Positions 15,315 to 28,500 of a stretch of DNA of 64,000 nt are shown here, piece after piece. The notes under the pieces are model-generated. The model saw only the letters and a program-made list of their open reading frames with translations. It was not told the origin of the DNA and searched no databases. The position numbers were made by a program, and so were the translations under genes. Origin of the DNA: Haliotis cracherodii (lineage: Eukaryota); assembly GCF_022045235.1 (NCBI RefSeq), contig NW_027266297.1:71114001-71178000 (forward strand), written 5' to 3'. Position 1 is the stretch's first letter. Every line of letters begins with the position of its first letter.

Positions 15315-17799
15315 CATTACCACATCGTGCCTGGCCCTGAGCCACCGACAGGCAGCATAGCTCGGTAGTACTGGGGGGCACCCGGGCTCTGTCCTTAGTC
15401 AGCGGGGCGCAAGCCGCTACTGCGCAGGACAGACTGTCACAGTTAGGTCGGTCAGGAGCTGATATTTATATTTATTTATGGCTGTGGCGTTCTCTGTTCA
15501 TGAATGATTGTATAAGTAAACATGATAACGTGGATGTAGATTTTGACACTAGGCCATATAAAGTCATGGATTGCTGTGTTGTATAAATGACATAAATGTA
15601 TAAATAAGTCAGTTCAATAATCGATCTTTACACTTGTTCTTAAACGGAAGAAGGTTTTTGTGCACACTATATGCGTTAACTTATATATGCATTTTACTGT
15701 GGACAAATTAGGAATTTCGACTTATGTATTAAATGTCGATTACTTTTTTTCTTTTCTGGCTCCACCGGTATGATATCTAACACTCGTGAAACGTGTTCAA
15801 GGAGAACATTAAGATAATATGATCGTGACTAGAATACCAGAGACAACGGCGTGCATTAACACGCATTATAATTCAGCACGCGACTCTCCTCGGAGTTATC
15901 TGTGCTCATCATCTGCCTGCATTCTATCAGTTGATTCCATGATGCCAGCAGCTGAATCTTGTGAAACACGCTGTTATGAAATACCATGACTGAAAATATA
16001 TTAAAACATTCAGTATTTCAATCACGTTTATTCATAATCAGATTATATATTTCGAAACGTCTGTTCCTTCGGATCAATTGCGTAACATTACATTATCTTA
16101 TTGCCATATGGTCCTCTCGGCAGTGTTATCAGCTGACATCGTTTATGCAAATACTTACAGAATGTTATCACAGGCCCATGTTAATCAACTTGCTCCTACA
16201 CGCACTACGACTCCACCTGGGTGTGGGTGTGGGGTGTGTAGGGGGTGTGGGGGGTTGGAGGGGGTGGGGGTGGAGGGGTACGATAAGAGGGTAGGACTTA
16301 TTGTACTCTCTCCCGTGGTGTCAGGGTATAATATACCAGTTGGGAGTTGTTGGTGTGTGGAGGTGGTGTGTGTAGTGAGTGAGTGAGTGAGTGAGTGAGT
16401 GAGTGTCTCAAAGGTTTTTTTTCTAAATTAGGAATCAGACTGGATCCCTCTAACTAAAAGACGTTTATGAAATAAACTTACACTTATCTTCAACATACAA
16501 CTTTGAGCGTTCCCATGAAACGTGTCTTAATTAGTTCCAAATTCCAATATCAAACCTGCATGACTTATTACAGGGTAAACATACAGGTCCCACACCCGTC
16601 GTCAGCCTTTCAAACCTACAACTTTAAACTTATGATCAAGAAAGAATAACTAAAGAAAAAGTTTTATTCCAAGAGGTGATCCCAAAGCCAGCGTTCCGAG
16701 TACTCTACTCCATGACATGGGTATAAAAATATATATCACACAAGAACAAGGCACAGATGCACAGAGTTACTGAAATGTTCCCTGATGATCGTTCTTGTTC
16801 TTGTCATTGTAACTGTTTCCGGTGACTGTTCTAATTTTGATACCATACAGTTATTGTCATTGATAAAATATAACGAAATATCAAAAACTCAGGACTGTCT
16901 TGAAGGAAAGCGAAAGTCATTAATCGTGTACATGATTTTATTTCAGCGAGTGAGTAAGTATTTAGCTTCCCATCACCAGTGTATAATCAGTGTAGAAACG
17001 AGAGCAACATATAACATGGTACAAACCTCTCAATGAAGGAAACTTGAAACGTTGAGAACATATCACAGTGTCAGTGCATACAAGAGAGAAAAAAAGTTAG
17101 ACATATTAGTTAATCGACTATTTACAATTGAAAGCTGGCTATACACCATCTGCCACCTGAGCTATTAGCTTCCTGCATCGCGCCCCGGGAGGACTTACGT
17201 CATCAGCCCGGGTGTGGTTGCTGACCTAGTAAAATGATATCTAACGTTATTTATAACATTGCTGCATATACATGCATGTCACGTGCCTTGTTTGTGTATA
17301 CCTTCTGGTTGTCTAGCCTCTAACCTCCAGTTTGTCTGTCTCTACAGAATAAATTAAAATTGAACCAACTTAAGATTAGAATCATTTGGCAAGTCTAGAA
17401 TGCCTATCTAGAACTATTCTTCTGGGCTCCAATTTCTGTTTTAATTTTTGTTTTGTAGATACATATTTTTAAATAAGATAACTTTATTGCTCGGACTAAA
17501 CTTTAGTCTATACCATCGCATGGAGAGCGGATTGGTGTGCAGTGGAGATATCACGAAAGGTTTTCACTTGTCCGAGACCTTTGCCTTTTAGAAAATAAAT
17601 ATTCATGGTAAAAATAAATAGTATCGTCAAATGACGACGTTAGTTTAGTGAGTGAGTGAGTGAGTGAGTGAGTGAGTGAGAGACCCATCAAACAGTGCAC
17701 CTGTGTGGGGAATCAAACTCCCCTGTGTGAAGCTTAACCTGAAACGAAGCCCCAAAGAAAGTGACGTGTAACCTGAATGTTTGGTGAAATACACTCCAC

Positions 17800-18215
17800 T
17801 AGTCAACTTGCCCTTTATTTGTGTGGAGCAATGTTCAGCATCTGCAGCCATTGTGTCTACATTTCACAACTACTGAGGTACAATCAAGCATGCTCTTTCC
17901 GTGAAGATTTTGAAGAGCGTCATACGACTCTTGCTCCAAAGCTGTTTGATCATGGGTACGACATTCAAGGCCTAAGCGAAACTTTCAAAACGTTTTTTTT
18001 TTATGGTAGACATGTTAAGGAAATTTCCAAACTTGACGCATCAGCGGCAAAAAGATGTCCGATGCAATTCCCTATTTTGACTTGTACCATATCTTCCCGT
18101 GACGTTTCGGGTGAACAATTAACTTGCTTTTGCATGTGTTTGTGACGGGTGTCACCGGTGGGACAGCATGTTAGAATACCTGGTATCATCACTGTTTGAT
18201 AGTGGTTCACAAACA
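17800..18215 (+). mobile_element. Decayed Penelope-like retroelement 3' fragment (RT C-terminal/thumb region followed directly by the 3' end; Naiad-type organisation, tentative)
   Basis: Translates to VNLPFIC.. / VYISQLLRYNQACS..DF..R...L..KL...GY....L...F...FYGRH. The downstream motif GGTATCATCACTGTTTGATAGTG is shared with 41077-41100. Confidence 0.6.
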
Positions 18216-18682
18216 CATGATCGTGACATAATCGGAATTCTATAATTAACCATAGATTTCTTATGAATACGTAATGACTTTTGTCGAATTATTTACAATA
18301 GTACGTATATTGTATTGACTAACCAAAGATCATATTTAGTGGCGATTCGAACTCATGGCTGTCAGCTGCAAAGCATGGCAACATCATCGCCAACACCATC
18401 ATCCACAGCGGCAGCATCAACAACATCACCATTCATAGTGTACAAAGTATATACCTTTCTCAGTTTACGAATCACTTATATCAAACACGAATTACCACAA
18501 TTCATGTTCACAAAGGCGTCGGCATAATGTTGTACGCTGAGCGCAAAGGTGAACAAATTCAGAATTTCATGCTTTCTACAGATGTGGCAAGTTACACCAC
18601 CATATTTCTGTACTGAATGTCATTGAACTTAATCCTTCCTTCCACGCCGAACCACTGGTTGATGGTGAGTCGAAAGTATGGA

Positions 18683-18844
18683 GAGTGAGTGAGTGAGTAT
18701 GGATCTACGCCTCTTTTAGCTATGTTCCAGCAATATCACAGCGGGGCACACCGGAAATGGGCTTCACACATTGTACCCAAAATCGAACGCTGGTCTTCGG
18801 CGTGACGAGCGAATGCTTTAACCACTAGGTTAACCCACCGCCCG
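18683..18844 (-). mobile_element. Short tRNA(Asp-like)-derived SINE family D, (ACTC)n tail
   Basis: Homologous to 30171-30341, 48841-49011 and 22538-22697; A box TAACCTAGTGGTTAAAGC and GTCACGCCGAAGAC head. Confidence 0.85.
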
Positions 18845-19117
18845 TGAAAGTAGACTCCCCTCCCTTATAGATATATACCCGCAAGGCTGTTACTCTATTA
18901 CACAGATGACGTACATGACGTTGGAAAAGGCTAGGATGTTTCAGTTTGAGGGTGTGCCCCTGAGAAAGACGTACATTGATAAATAAATAGTTCTGAAATT
19001 GCTTTTTATTTGCTTTTTAAGGTATATACCCAAACACGCAATTTTATAGATTCTTTGTGAACTGTATACGATAAGGGAGGAACTAGCTATCGGCTGCTTA
19101 TGTCCCTCGTGTTAATG

Positions 19118-19327
19118 ACCCCATGAAGATCGAGGTTAGAAGTGGGCTTGAACAACCCATGCCGGTCGTAAGAGACGATCAACGGGATCGACTAAAAGCA
19201 TGTCACCGTATTCAACTTGTGTAGATCGATGCTCATGATGTCAATCACTGGATTGTCTAGTCCAGACGCGATTATTTAAAGACTGTCGTCAGATAACTGG
19301 AATATTGTTATCAACAACAAACAAACA
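19118..19327 (+). mobile_element. SINE-like family B copy (degenerate)
   Basis: GACCCCATGAAGATCGAGGTTAGAA...GTAGATCGATGCTCATGATGTCAATCACTGG...(CAA)n. Confidence 0.75.
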
Positions 19328-20142
19328 CAACTAGTTTTAATAAAACCTTATAATGGGCTTTTTTACATAATGTCAGAAATACATTTACGTATGTTTATTT
19401 GTACGAAAGAATATCAGAATATCGACATAAATCAACATTTCAAACCACAAACTGACAATTAGTTGAGTCTTATTTAATACACAATCAATTAATCAAACTT
19501 TACCGCATACAATATTATGGTTATATACTCAGAGTTGACACATGTGTCGGGTTGTCACATATTGCACTCCTTGCACACAATGGCGTTTCAGTTCGTCACA
19601 GAAGATATGTACAAACCAGTTGTCCTTTGATCGGATCAACTGAGCCGTGTCTGTCATCGTCATCACCAGTGTCATCTTCATTGTCATCACATCGTTTTCA
19701 TTGCCATACAGGGCCGTCCAGGTTTTGAGATTCCTGTCTGTTATTGGGTGAGGTTGACACACATGCTTAGAAGCACTTCCTGTGCACAATGGATGGGCCG
19801 GACTCATCGTACTCCTGCTTGCTGATCCACATTGGCTGGAAGGTGGACAGAGAGGCAAGGATGGAGCCACCGATCCAGACGGAGTATTTCCTCTCTGGGG
19901 GAGCGATGATCTTGATCTTCATTGTGCTTGGGGCAAGGGATGTGATCTCCTTCTGCATTCTGTCGGCGATACCAGGGAACATGGTAGTACCTCCTGAGAG
20001 AACAATGTTGGGGAACAAGTTATTACGAATGTCAATGTCACACTTCATGATGCAGTTGGATGTGTTTTCGTGGATACCAGCAGATTCCATTCCCAAAAAG
20101 GATGGCTTGAAGAGGGCCTCTGGACAACGGAACCTCTCGTTA

Positions 20143-20382
<240 letters not shown>

Positions 20383-20848
20383 TCATTATTCCTGATATTA
20401 TCTTTTGTTTGACATTTACACAACTTTGATTTTGTACAAATCAAACAGCATATTCAGAAACATGTCAGAAACAGAAGTTAACTGGCACCCCTATATGTTC
20501 GAAGGCAAAGCACTTGGTACAGATTTAGTTCAAGTGATATCCCAATACTTCACCGAACCTTATAGTTTGAGGTGTATAAGTTTCTCATATAAAGATACTC
20601 GAGGGTATGCACCACCAATAAGACGTTATCCAAGCCTGATCCTAAACTGCCGACAAAAAGAAAATATACACCAATATTTGATAGTGGCTAAAAATGGTTA
20701 CTCGATGGTGATGTATTTGATACGGGTATCATTGGCGATATTACATGTATCATATTAATGAGTATCACACAACGGATGACGTGCACATGACGTCTCAAGG
20801 AACATGGGGGACGCAGTTTCACAGTACATAGTCATGAGCAGGCTGAAG

Positions 20849-21174
20849 GTGAGGTGAAATATGGTTTAACGTCGAGTCCAAGACGTGCATGCTCGTGCGT
20901 GTGTGGCTCTTGTACTGGTCTGGACTGATGCCGGTTTTATAATGCTAGCCCACTGAGATACCATGGTCTCAGTTTAACGTGAATACCCCACTCAGACACA
21001 GTATACTGACTCAGAGCCGACCAGTTCTTGTTTTAACCCCTTAATGTCGAACGCCAGGCGGGGTAACAACAATTACCATCTTTTAACGTCTTTTAGTATG
21101 AAGCGGCTGGGGTTCGATCCCTGACCGTCCGCCCTGAAGGCGGACGCTCTACCACTAGGCCACAGAGGCGGTCT
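20849..21174 (-). mobile_element. tRNA-derived SINE family A (Meta/MESC-like central domain, (CACCT)n tail) in the pseudogene intron
   Basis: Head GACCGCCTCTGTGGCCTAGTGGTAGAGCG; body GGTCGGCTCTGAGTCAGTATACTGTGTCTGAGTGGGG. TSD TGAGCAGGCTGAAG (20835-20848) / TGAGCAGAGTGAAG (21175-21188). Confidence 0.88.
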
Positions 21175-21239
21175 TGAGCAGAGTGAAGCAGGTACTGTCA
21201 TGGTCAGTTTGAGTTGGTTCACAAATACCAGACATTCTC

Positions 21240-21700
21240 ACCACGAACACAATGCAGGCCTAGCCTCCCCGTCTCATCGTCAGCCGCCAGATGGCGTCAT
21301 TTCGAATCCGTTGCCACTCATATCTTCCGGATGTTTGCGGTTTGGTGGTGGATAAGGACGCCTCCTCATCTGACGATCCAGATCATCCCACAAGTGTCAT
21401 TCATGTAGATCTGGCCCCTGAGATGTCCCTTCGGCCACAATTCCTTCCGACACCACCCCCCTCCGCCAACATATGGACGCACTTGGATGGATCCTGGCGC
21501 CAATCGTTCCCCCTCCGACTATAAACCTCAACACGACCATCATTATGGAATAAGGAGAATCTGCTTTCGTCAATGATCTGCAAGCTTTGCTCAGTGACGT
21601 CTTTGACGTTGATGTTCATGGGTCAAAAAATGGTTTTGGCGATGTTTCACTGCTGCATGCGCATCGTCCAAACCAGCTTTTGTGTTTTGAACCTTAAGTT
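21240..21700 (-). mobile_element. Decayed Tc1 transposase relic in the pseudogene intron
   Basis: The minus strand translates to DESRFSLFHNDGRVEVYSRRG (first catalytic D motif) and, downstream, HLWDDLDRQMRRRP..PPN / EWQRI...AIWRL. Confidence 0.75.
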
Positions 21701-21808
21701 AACAGTGTTTCGGGGACTGTTTTCAGCCTAGTAACGCTTTGACAATGTTTATATTATTTTTAATAAATTCCAATGTGTACTTTCATTTGCCCGGCAGTTT
21801 AGTAATCA

Positions 21809-22096
<288 letters not shown>

Positions 22097-22130
22097 TCAA
22101 TACTCTGACAACGCATCTGGTCGACCTGCC

Positions 22131-22210
22131 TATATACTCCTGTGAAATAAAAGTCCACATATGGTCGTGGCAGGAATTTGACTTAGTTTGTGGAATATGC
22201 CCTTATATAG
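22131..22210 (-). promoter_or_regulatory. Pseudogene promoter: TATA plus CArG-like boxes
   Basis: TATATA 22131-22136, CCACATATGG 22155-22164, CCTTATATAG 22201-22210; positionally homologous to actin 1. Confidence 0.55.
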
Positions 22211-22537
22211 ACAATCTCAGAGCCACAGACATGGGACATATTTTTGTCATCTAGCTAGTCAAAGTGGGGCACTCGGGCACGACACCCAATGAGTTGGGCG
22301 GCGGCTGCTGCCGTTCAGGACAAGCTATGCAGTTAGGTCCCTCATGTGCTGATTTAGTTTTACTTTATGGTTGTGGCGTTTTCCCTGTTCTTGAAAAATG
22401 GTGCTGGTAACCATGACACACATGGATGTAAATTTTGACACTAGGCCATATAAGAAAGAATTAAAAAGATTAATGTGTTGTAGAAAAGACTTTGTACTTG
22501 AATCAGTTCAATAGTTGAAATGTACTTGTCCTCAAAA

Positions 22538-22697
22538 GTGAATGAGTGAGTATGGTTTTACGCCACGTTTACCAATATTCCTGCAATATCATGGCGGGGG
22601 GCACCAGAAATGAGCTTCACACATTGCACCTATGTGGGGAATCGAACCTGGGTCTTGATGGAATATTGCTTTAACCACTAGGCTACCCTATCGCCCC
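22538..22697 (-). mobile_element. SINE family D with an 8-bp TSD
   Basis: TSD TGTCCTCA at 22527-22534 and 22698-22705; absent from the paralogous actin 1 upstream region (~15635). Confidence 0.85.
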
Positions 22698-23015
22698 TGT
22701 CCTCATCAGGGAGGAGGGTGAGGTGAAATTGGGTTTAACGCCACGTTCAAGACTGAACCTCGACCATCAGCAGACGTTCTACCGACTAGCTACGTGGCGA
22801 TCCTATAAGAAAGAAGGTTTTTATGAGTACGTTAAATATGTGAAGAGTATGTATTTTATTATTTTTTAAGACTTATGAGTTGATATTTTGAATTATGTAT
22901 TGGATTATTAATTAATTAATGACGATGATATGGTCGTGACTGGAATACCAGACAAAACGGCATTCATTAACATGCATTGTGATTCATCCCGCCTTGGTGT
23001 TGTTGTTGCTTATAC

Positions 23016-23345
23016 ACCTTCTCTCCGCCACCCTGTCTGCCTTCTCTCCGCCCTTCCACCCTGTCTGCCTTCTCTCCGCCCTTCCATCCTGTCTGCCTTC
23101 TCTCCGCCCTTCCATCCTGTCTGCCTTCTCTCCGCCCTTCCACCCTGTCTGCCTTCTCTCCGCCACCCTGTCTGCCTTCTCTCCGCCCTTCCACCCTGTC
23201 TGCCTTCTCTCCGCCACCCTGTCTGCCTTCTCTCCGCCACCCTGTCTGCCTTCTCTCCGCCCTTCCTGTCTGCCTTCTCTCCGCCAACCTGTCTGCCTTC
23301 TCTCAGTCAACCTGCCTGCCTTCTCTCAGCCAACCTGCCTGCCTC
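23016..23345. repeat. 23/28-bp pyrimidine-rich minisatellite (CCTTCTCTCCGCC[CTTCC]ACCCTGTCTG)
   Basis: About 12 tandem units. Confidence 0.92.
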
Positions 23346-23353
23346 TAAAAGAG

Positions 23354-23586
23354 TACCCATGCATGCCGTAATAGTCGACTATGCTTGTCGTAAGAGGCGA
23401 CTAACGGGATCGGGTGGTCAGGCTCGCTGACTTGGTTGATGCATGTCATCGTATCCCAACTGCGTGGATCGATGCTCGTGATGTCAATCACTGGATTTTA
23501 TGGCCAAGACTCGATTATTTACAGACCGCCGTCATATAGCTGGAATATTGCTGAGTGCGGCGTTAATCAAGAAACAACAAACAAAT
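23354..23586 (+). mobile_element. SINE-like family B copy
   Basis: GCTTGTCGTAAGAGGCGACTAACGGGATCGGGTGGTCAGGCTCGC...GAATATTGCTGAGTGCGGCGTTAA...(AAAC)n. Confidence 0.88.
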
Positions 23587-24071
23587 CTAAAAGAGCATTC
23601 CACGACGCCAGCAGATGAGTCGTATCTTATGTAAAGACGGCTATAGGAAACACCGCGATGGAATATTTAGGAGATAACCCTACTGTGTGATATTCGAAGT
23701 CGCCTTTTCTCTTACCGTAATGTGGAACCGAGCATTTTGAATCTTCAGGACGCTTTAATAACGGTAGTCTTTCAGAACGTATAAAATACATTAAATACAC
23801 AGCTTTACAAAATGAATTGGTGAAATAACCCTCGATAGATATACGTATAATTTCATCGCAACCTGTTGCATATTTGCACGGCTTTGACCAACATGGCGTG
23901 ACAGAATGTAGAAATAGTGAAATAAAAGCAACTTATATTAATTATTACTAGTTGAAATAAATAGAATGGAAAATGTCATCCCCGAATGCACAATTCCCTG
24001 ACACCAGGCAGCAGAAAATGTCCTACATTGCCCGTGACACGCCAGTACATATACGATACAGTGATCCCCCA

Positions 24072-24111
<40 letters not shown>

Positions 24112-24115
<4 letters not shown>

Positions 24116-24513
24116 TAATGCGAATGCTGTCACCGAAAAAATCGTCCAGAGAGCATTATTTCGCAAATTCAGGGAACCATAAATGCCTCTTAAATTACAT
24201 CAAATGTGAAGCACTAGTGAAAAATGAAAATGAAATTCATTTCATTCTTGTTTGCCCTATTTATGAAGATATTCGCTCGAAATATTTCCCATATTTAGAC
24301 TTCATTACTGGTAATAATCGTAAAGACACACTAGTTAGAATGTTAAACTCTTCTGATGTAAACAATCTTGAGAACTTAGCCAGTTATGTTGAATATGCTA
24401 TCTGTCTTTGTTCTTCTTACCTGTAAATAATATTTCATGCATCACATGATAACTAAATTGTATATATCTGTATGTGGGCCTGAGGCCTTATTACCGAATA
24501 AACTGATTGACTG
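24112..24513 (+). mobile_element. 3' fragment of a non-LTR retrotransposon (RTE-X-like ORF2 C-terminal zinc knuckle plus tail)
   Basis: ENEIHFILVCPIYEDIRSKY...LASYV motif, followed by a GGCCTGAGGCC hairpin, AATAAA and a (CTGA/TTGA) tail. Confidence 0.7.
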
Positions 24514-25320
24514 ATACTCGGAGATTTCTTATGATTATAAACAGGGCTTTTATTTGCCCTCATTAGTTGTCGGACAGCCAGGGTGATCTCGGAATAGCGA
24601 ACCATCATTCACATCGTCCCAACGATTTTATAAATGAAACTTAAATAAAACGTATCATTTAAAGAATGTAATGTATATATTCAATTATAAAAGCTGTTTG
24701 AAGCAGTCAAACAAATGACAACATCCATGTGGTTCCTTGAGGTGAATGTGCTCAGCTCTAGAACACAAACACCGGGATCTCCCAAGCCTCGTTCTAGCAT
24801 GACACGGGGGATTTCCCAAGCCTCGTTTTGGCATGACTCAGGGATTTCGCTCCTTTCACTTTAAAATAGCTGACTCATGTTTGTTTTCCTCCGTCAAGTC
24901 GGTATTTGTGGACACTATCAGCACTGACATTCTCACTAGACCTCACCTGTAGTGTCTTCAGGAATACACACTGAATGAAGGTTAGATTTATGCATTTTTC
25001 AGAGCACATAACTTGTAACGGGATGAAAAACGTGTCAGTAGAGGGACGAGCAACGCCCCCTTTTCCGACCTATTGTACTGCCCGGATGAGGGTATGCGGG
25101 TGTGAACACCGCGAGGGTGTCGCCTCAACGCAGTACTACGGGATTAAGTATACTGCAGCGTTTGGGTGGGATAGGTATCGAGTTGAAAAAGTAGAGCGGG
25201 CCAGACCGGGTCAGAGTTCGATGAGCATGAGTAATATACACTTATAGCTTGCCACACATGCAGCACCGGCGCCGATCTCGATATCGAACCAAGCATAGAG
25301 GTTGAGGCATATGTTTATCT

Positions 25321-25438
25321 CCATATAAGGCAGTGCGTGTCCATTTATAGCGATCTGGAAGCACGTGTTTATATTGTTTCCAGATATGGTCACATAAACA
25401 CACATACTTTATTTCCATTTTCAGGCAGAGTATATATA
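25321..25438 (+). promoter_or_regulatory. Promoter of the divergent actin-like gene: CArG boxes plus TATA
   Basis: Perfect CArG CCATATAAGG at 25321-25330, near-CArG CCAGATATGG at 25380-25389, TATATATA at 25431-25438, ATG at 25509. Confidence 0.75.
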
Positions 25439-25508
25439 GTCAACATCGTCCGGAGTTTCTGTACAGGTGAATTGTTCGTGACAGTCCACAGCTAAAAAAT
25501 ATATCAAC

Positions 25509-28500
25509 ATGTCGAAGGCGTCGGGAGCTCATGTGATCATTGACATCGGCACCTACCAGACCCGAGCCGGCCTAGCTAACGACTCAGCACCCCGTGTCGT
25601 TCAGCCGACCCTTGTGGGACGAGGGGTGGGAGAGGTAATACTGACACTTTTCTTTGTCTATCAGATAGCTTAGTAGGCAGTATGTTTAACGTGTGGACCT
25701 CCAGATACCGCGGATCTATGATAAATCTGACGTATATCTCCGGGGAATAAGGGAAACGGTGGAAGGATACAGCTCGCACGTGATGAAGCAACGCGCATTC
25801 TATCGCGTGTAGCTCCTAAGGTATCGACAGACCATCTCTCCACCTCGTCGAGAGGCCCCGATCCAGTGAATGGCTGGTCTTGTGCCTCCCGCTACCCCGC
25901 ACTGTCGAGAGCGCTCGAGATCTCCTCACTTCCTGGTTTGGTCGGATAGAAGAAGGGAGGAGGGGTCGGTGATGCTAAATATAACCCGGCAGCGTGAGAA
26001 GGCTGTATCCAACGTGCACGCGCGCGTCCAATGTGCAGCAACCCATCCCTTCTCCCCCCCGGCTCCGTGTCGGCTAGCGTTACAGGCGTCGCCCACATGA
26101 CCCCCCCTTCCCTCCCCCAAGTTAGGCCAGCGCAGCTGAGAGGTAGACTAGGCTCTGTGTGCACGTGTCTATACTGTTTAGTTACCAAAGCGGATGCGCA
26201 ATCCTATATTAGGACTAGTCGTTGGTCGGTTTAAATGATTACAACCGTTGATGGATAACGATCTTTGAAATCGAAATCTGACCCAGTTGAAAGAATGCGC
26301 GTCTGACATGGCAGCATGTCGTAGGCTTATCATTCAAACAGGAAAAAACATGTTATTTGAGTAAATACCGTATGTTCTTTATATTAAAATGAAAATATAG
26401 ACTAAATACATTCAGGGTAAATTGTTTTAGTGAGGAAATATGTTGTCTATGACCTTTTCCACACCAATGAATTGTTACATCTGGAAGTTATGCTCTAGCT
26501 GGATAATTGTTATCTTTGGTAACATGCTTAGGAGATTAACTCCTGGAGACAAGGAATTATCTTTGACACACGCATGCAGTCCTTGTTGCTACATTGTGTA
26601 TTCGTGTGTAGAGGGTGACGTCTGTACGTTTCGGGGGGAGGGTGGGGCTGCTACTCATACCCATCAAACACCCCCACCCGGTCACTATGTCACGTGTGTA
26701 GAGATAGTTTCACCGGCCATTCCGTGCATGTACAATGGATATATTCCGGTAATACACACGTGCATCATGCACACGACAGGCGCTCTGTGAAACCTACTGG
26801 TGTCATTCCTCGCGTTTATTGGGGTAGGAGCTCAGTGAGGCTTGGGGTGAACTTCAGTGAGACGGGGGTGGAGCGCAATGAGATTGGGAGGGAGTAGGGA
26901 GAGAAGCGTCGGTCTTTGTTCCCCTCGGGGAATACCACGAACAGCTGGGAATCAGTTCTGCCGTGACAGACATTCCGATGAGGACTTAGCGTTTTGCCAC
27001 CCCCACCACACCCCCTCCCCCCCCTCCCCCTCTCCCTCCCCCTCTCCCTGCCGCGCTGCGCCATATAGGACAAAGGGCGACAGATCGACATCCCCTACGC
27101 TCATGGTTTAGTTTAATTGTTCATGTAATATTTTGTCCATTATGAGTCATAGTCCACTTCCCGTGTCCGACAGGGTGGTCAGTCGACTTCGGCTACAACT
27201 ACATCACGTAACGCCAGCTTTTGTAAGAGTGGCAGAAAAGATAATTTTTTAATAATAAATGTCAACAGTCTTTGTTGAGCTTAAGCACTACTAACGGTAT
27301 GAAATAATGACTTTTTCCTTTTATTGGGAAGTTATTTATGAATTAAGGCGACACTCTTTGGTGTCTCCCCTGTACATATGTTTTTCACGTGACTGCTATA
27401 TATCACATGTGTTACATGTCATGAAGTCCAACATTGACAAAACAATTTATATAACACTTCCTTGTTCACTCTGCAGAGAGGGCATAACCAGGGATTTTAC
27501 GCCGCTTCATAAACTACTTCACTGACGTGAAGGCATTGCAGCTGTCTATTTCAGTCCTGGAATCTATGTTGTGCATCGAATCCAGGTCAGCTGTGTGATG
27601 TTGACAGCCTTGTCTCAGGGCTACACTACACAGCATGTAGAGTATGCGAATGGGACATCGCCTGCAACATGGCGGACATTGGTTATTTGACTGACACATA
27701 ATTATGAAATACATAATTTGGACAAAGTTGGGGGTTTTTTTTAGTTAAACTCCATCATTCGATCCTTGGTTGATAGGCTAGAAGTACACGCACAATGTAA
27801 TTGTCTTAAATGACAACCAACAAGATAAACAACGCCAGTATCATATGGGTTGGATAAAGAAAACAAACGATTCCTCTTGGGGACAAAGGTCGTTTAATAA
27901 TGACAATTTTTTAATCGAAAACATAAAACTTCAGATCAAACAGACTGAGAAAAAATCACCAAATTTCTGAACAACGTGTAGTTTGCATGTTACGTTTGGC
28001 GCCTGTGATGTTCCCCTTGCAGCAATAAAAAAACAAATACCGCTTACAGCATTATCAGCAATATGACATTTGGGGTTGTCTCCCCATAACTGTTAAAATA
28101 TATGGACACTAAAACAAATGTCATGGCATTGCCGTTTAAATTAAAATAAACTAGGCTTTATTTCTTACAAATTAAACTCCGGAACTACCAGGACTGGACA
28201 GAGTAGATCTGTGTTTGTTTTTATGTTGATATACATATATATACACGCATGTATGCACGTGTGTTTTTATCTCAACCGAATATTCTGTGTTACAAATGGT
28301 TACCACGGACTGTTTTGGTATTAAAAGTATTGCTATTGTCATTACAGAACAAGAACGCGACCTATGTGGGTTCAGCAGCCAGGGCCAGCCGTGAGGGCAT
28401 AGTGCTGAGTCAACCCGTCCGCGAGGGAGAGATCCGAGACTGGGACGATGTGGAGGCCATCTTGAGGGATGTCTTGGTGGACAAGCTGGGCGTCGAGACA

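Noticed and set aside
28249-28347. N-terminal 33 aa (MYARVFLSQ...LLSLQ) of the 355-aa ORF
   Set aside because: Intronic read-through; the true N-terminus comes from exon 25509-25634 through the AG at 28346-28347.
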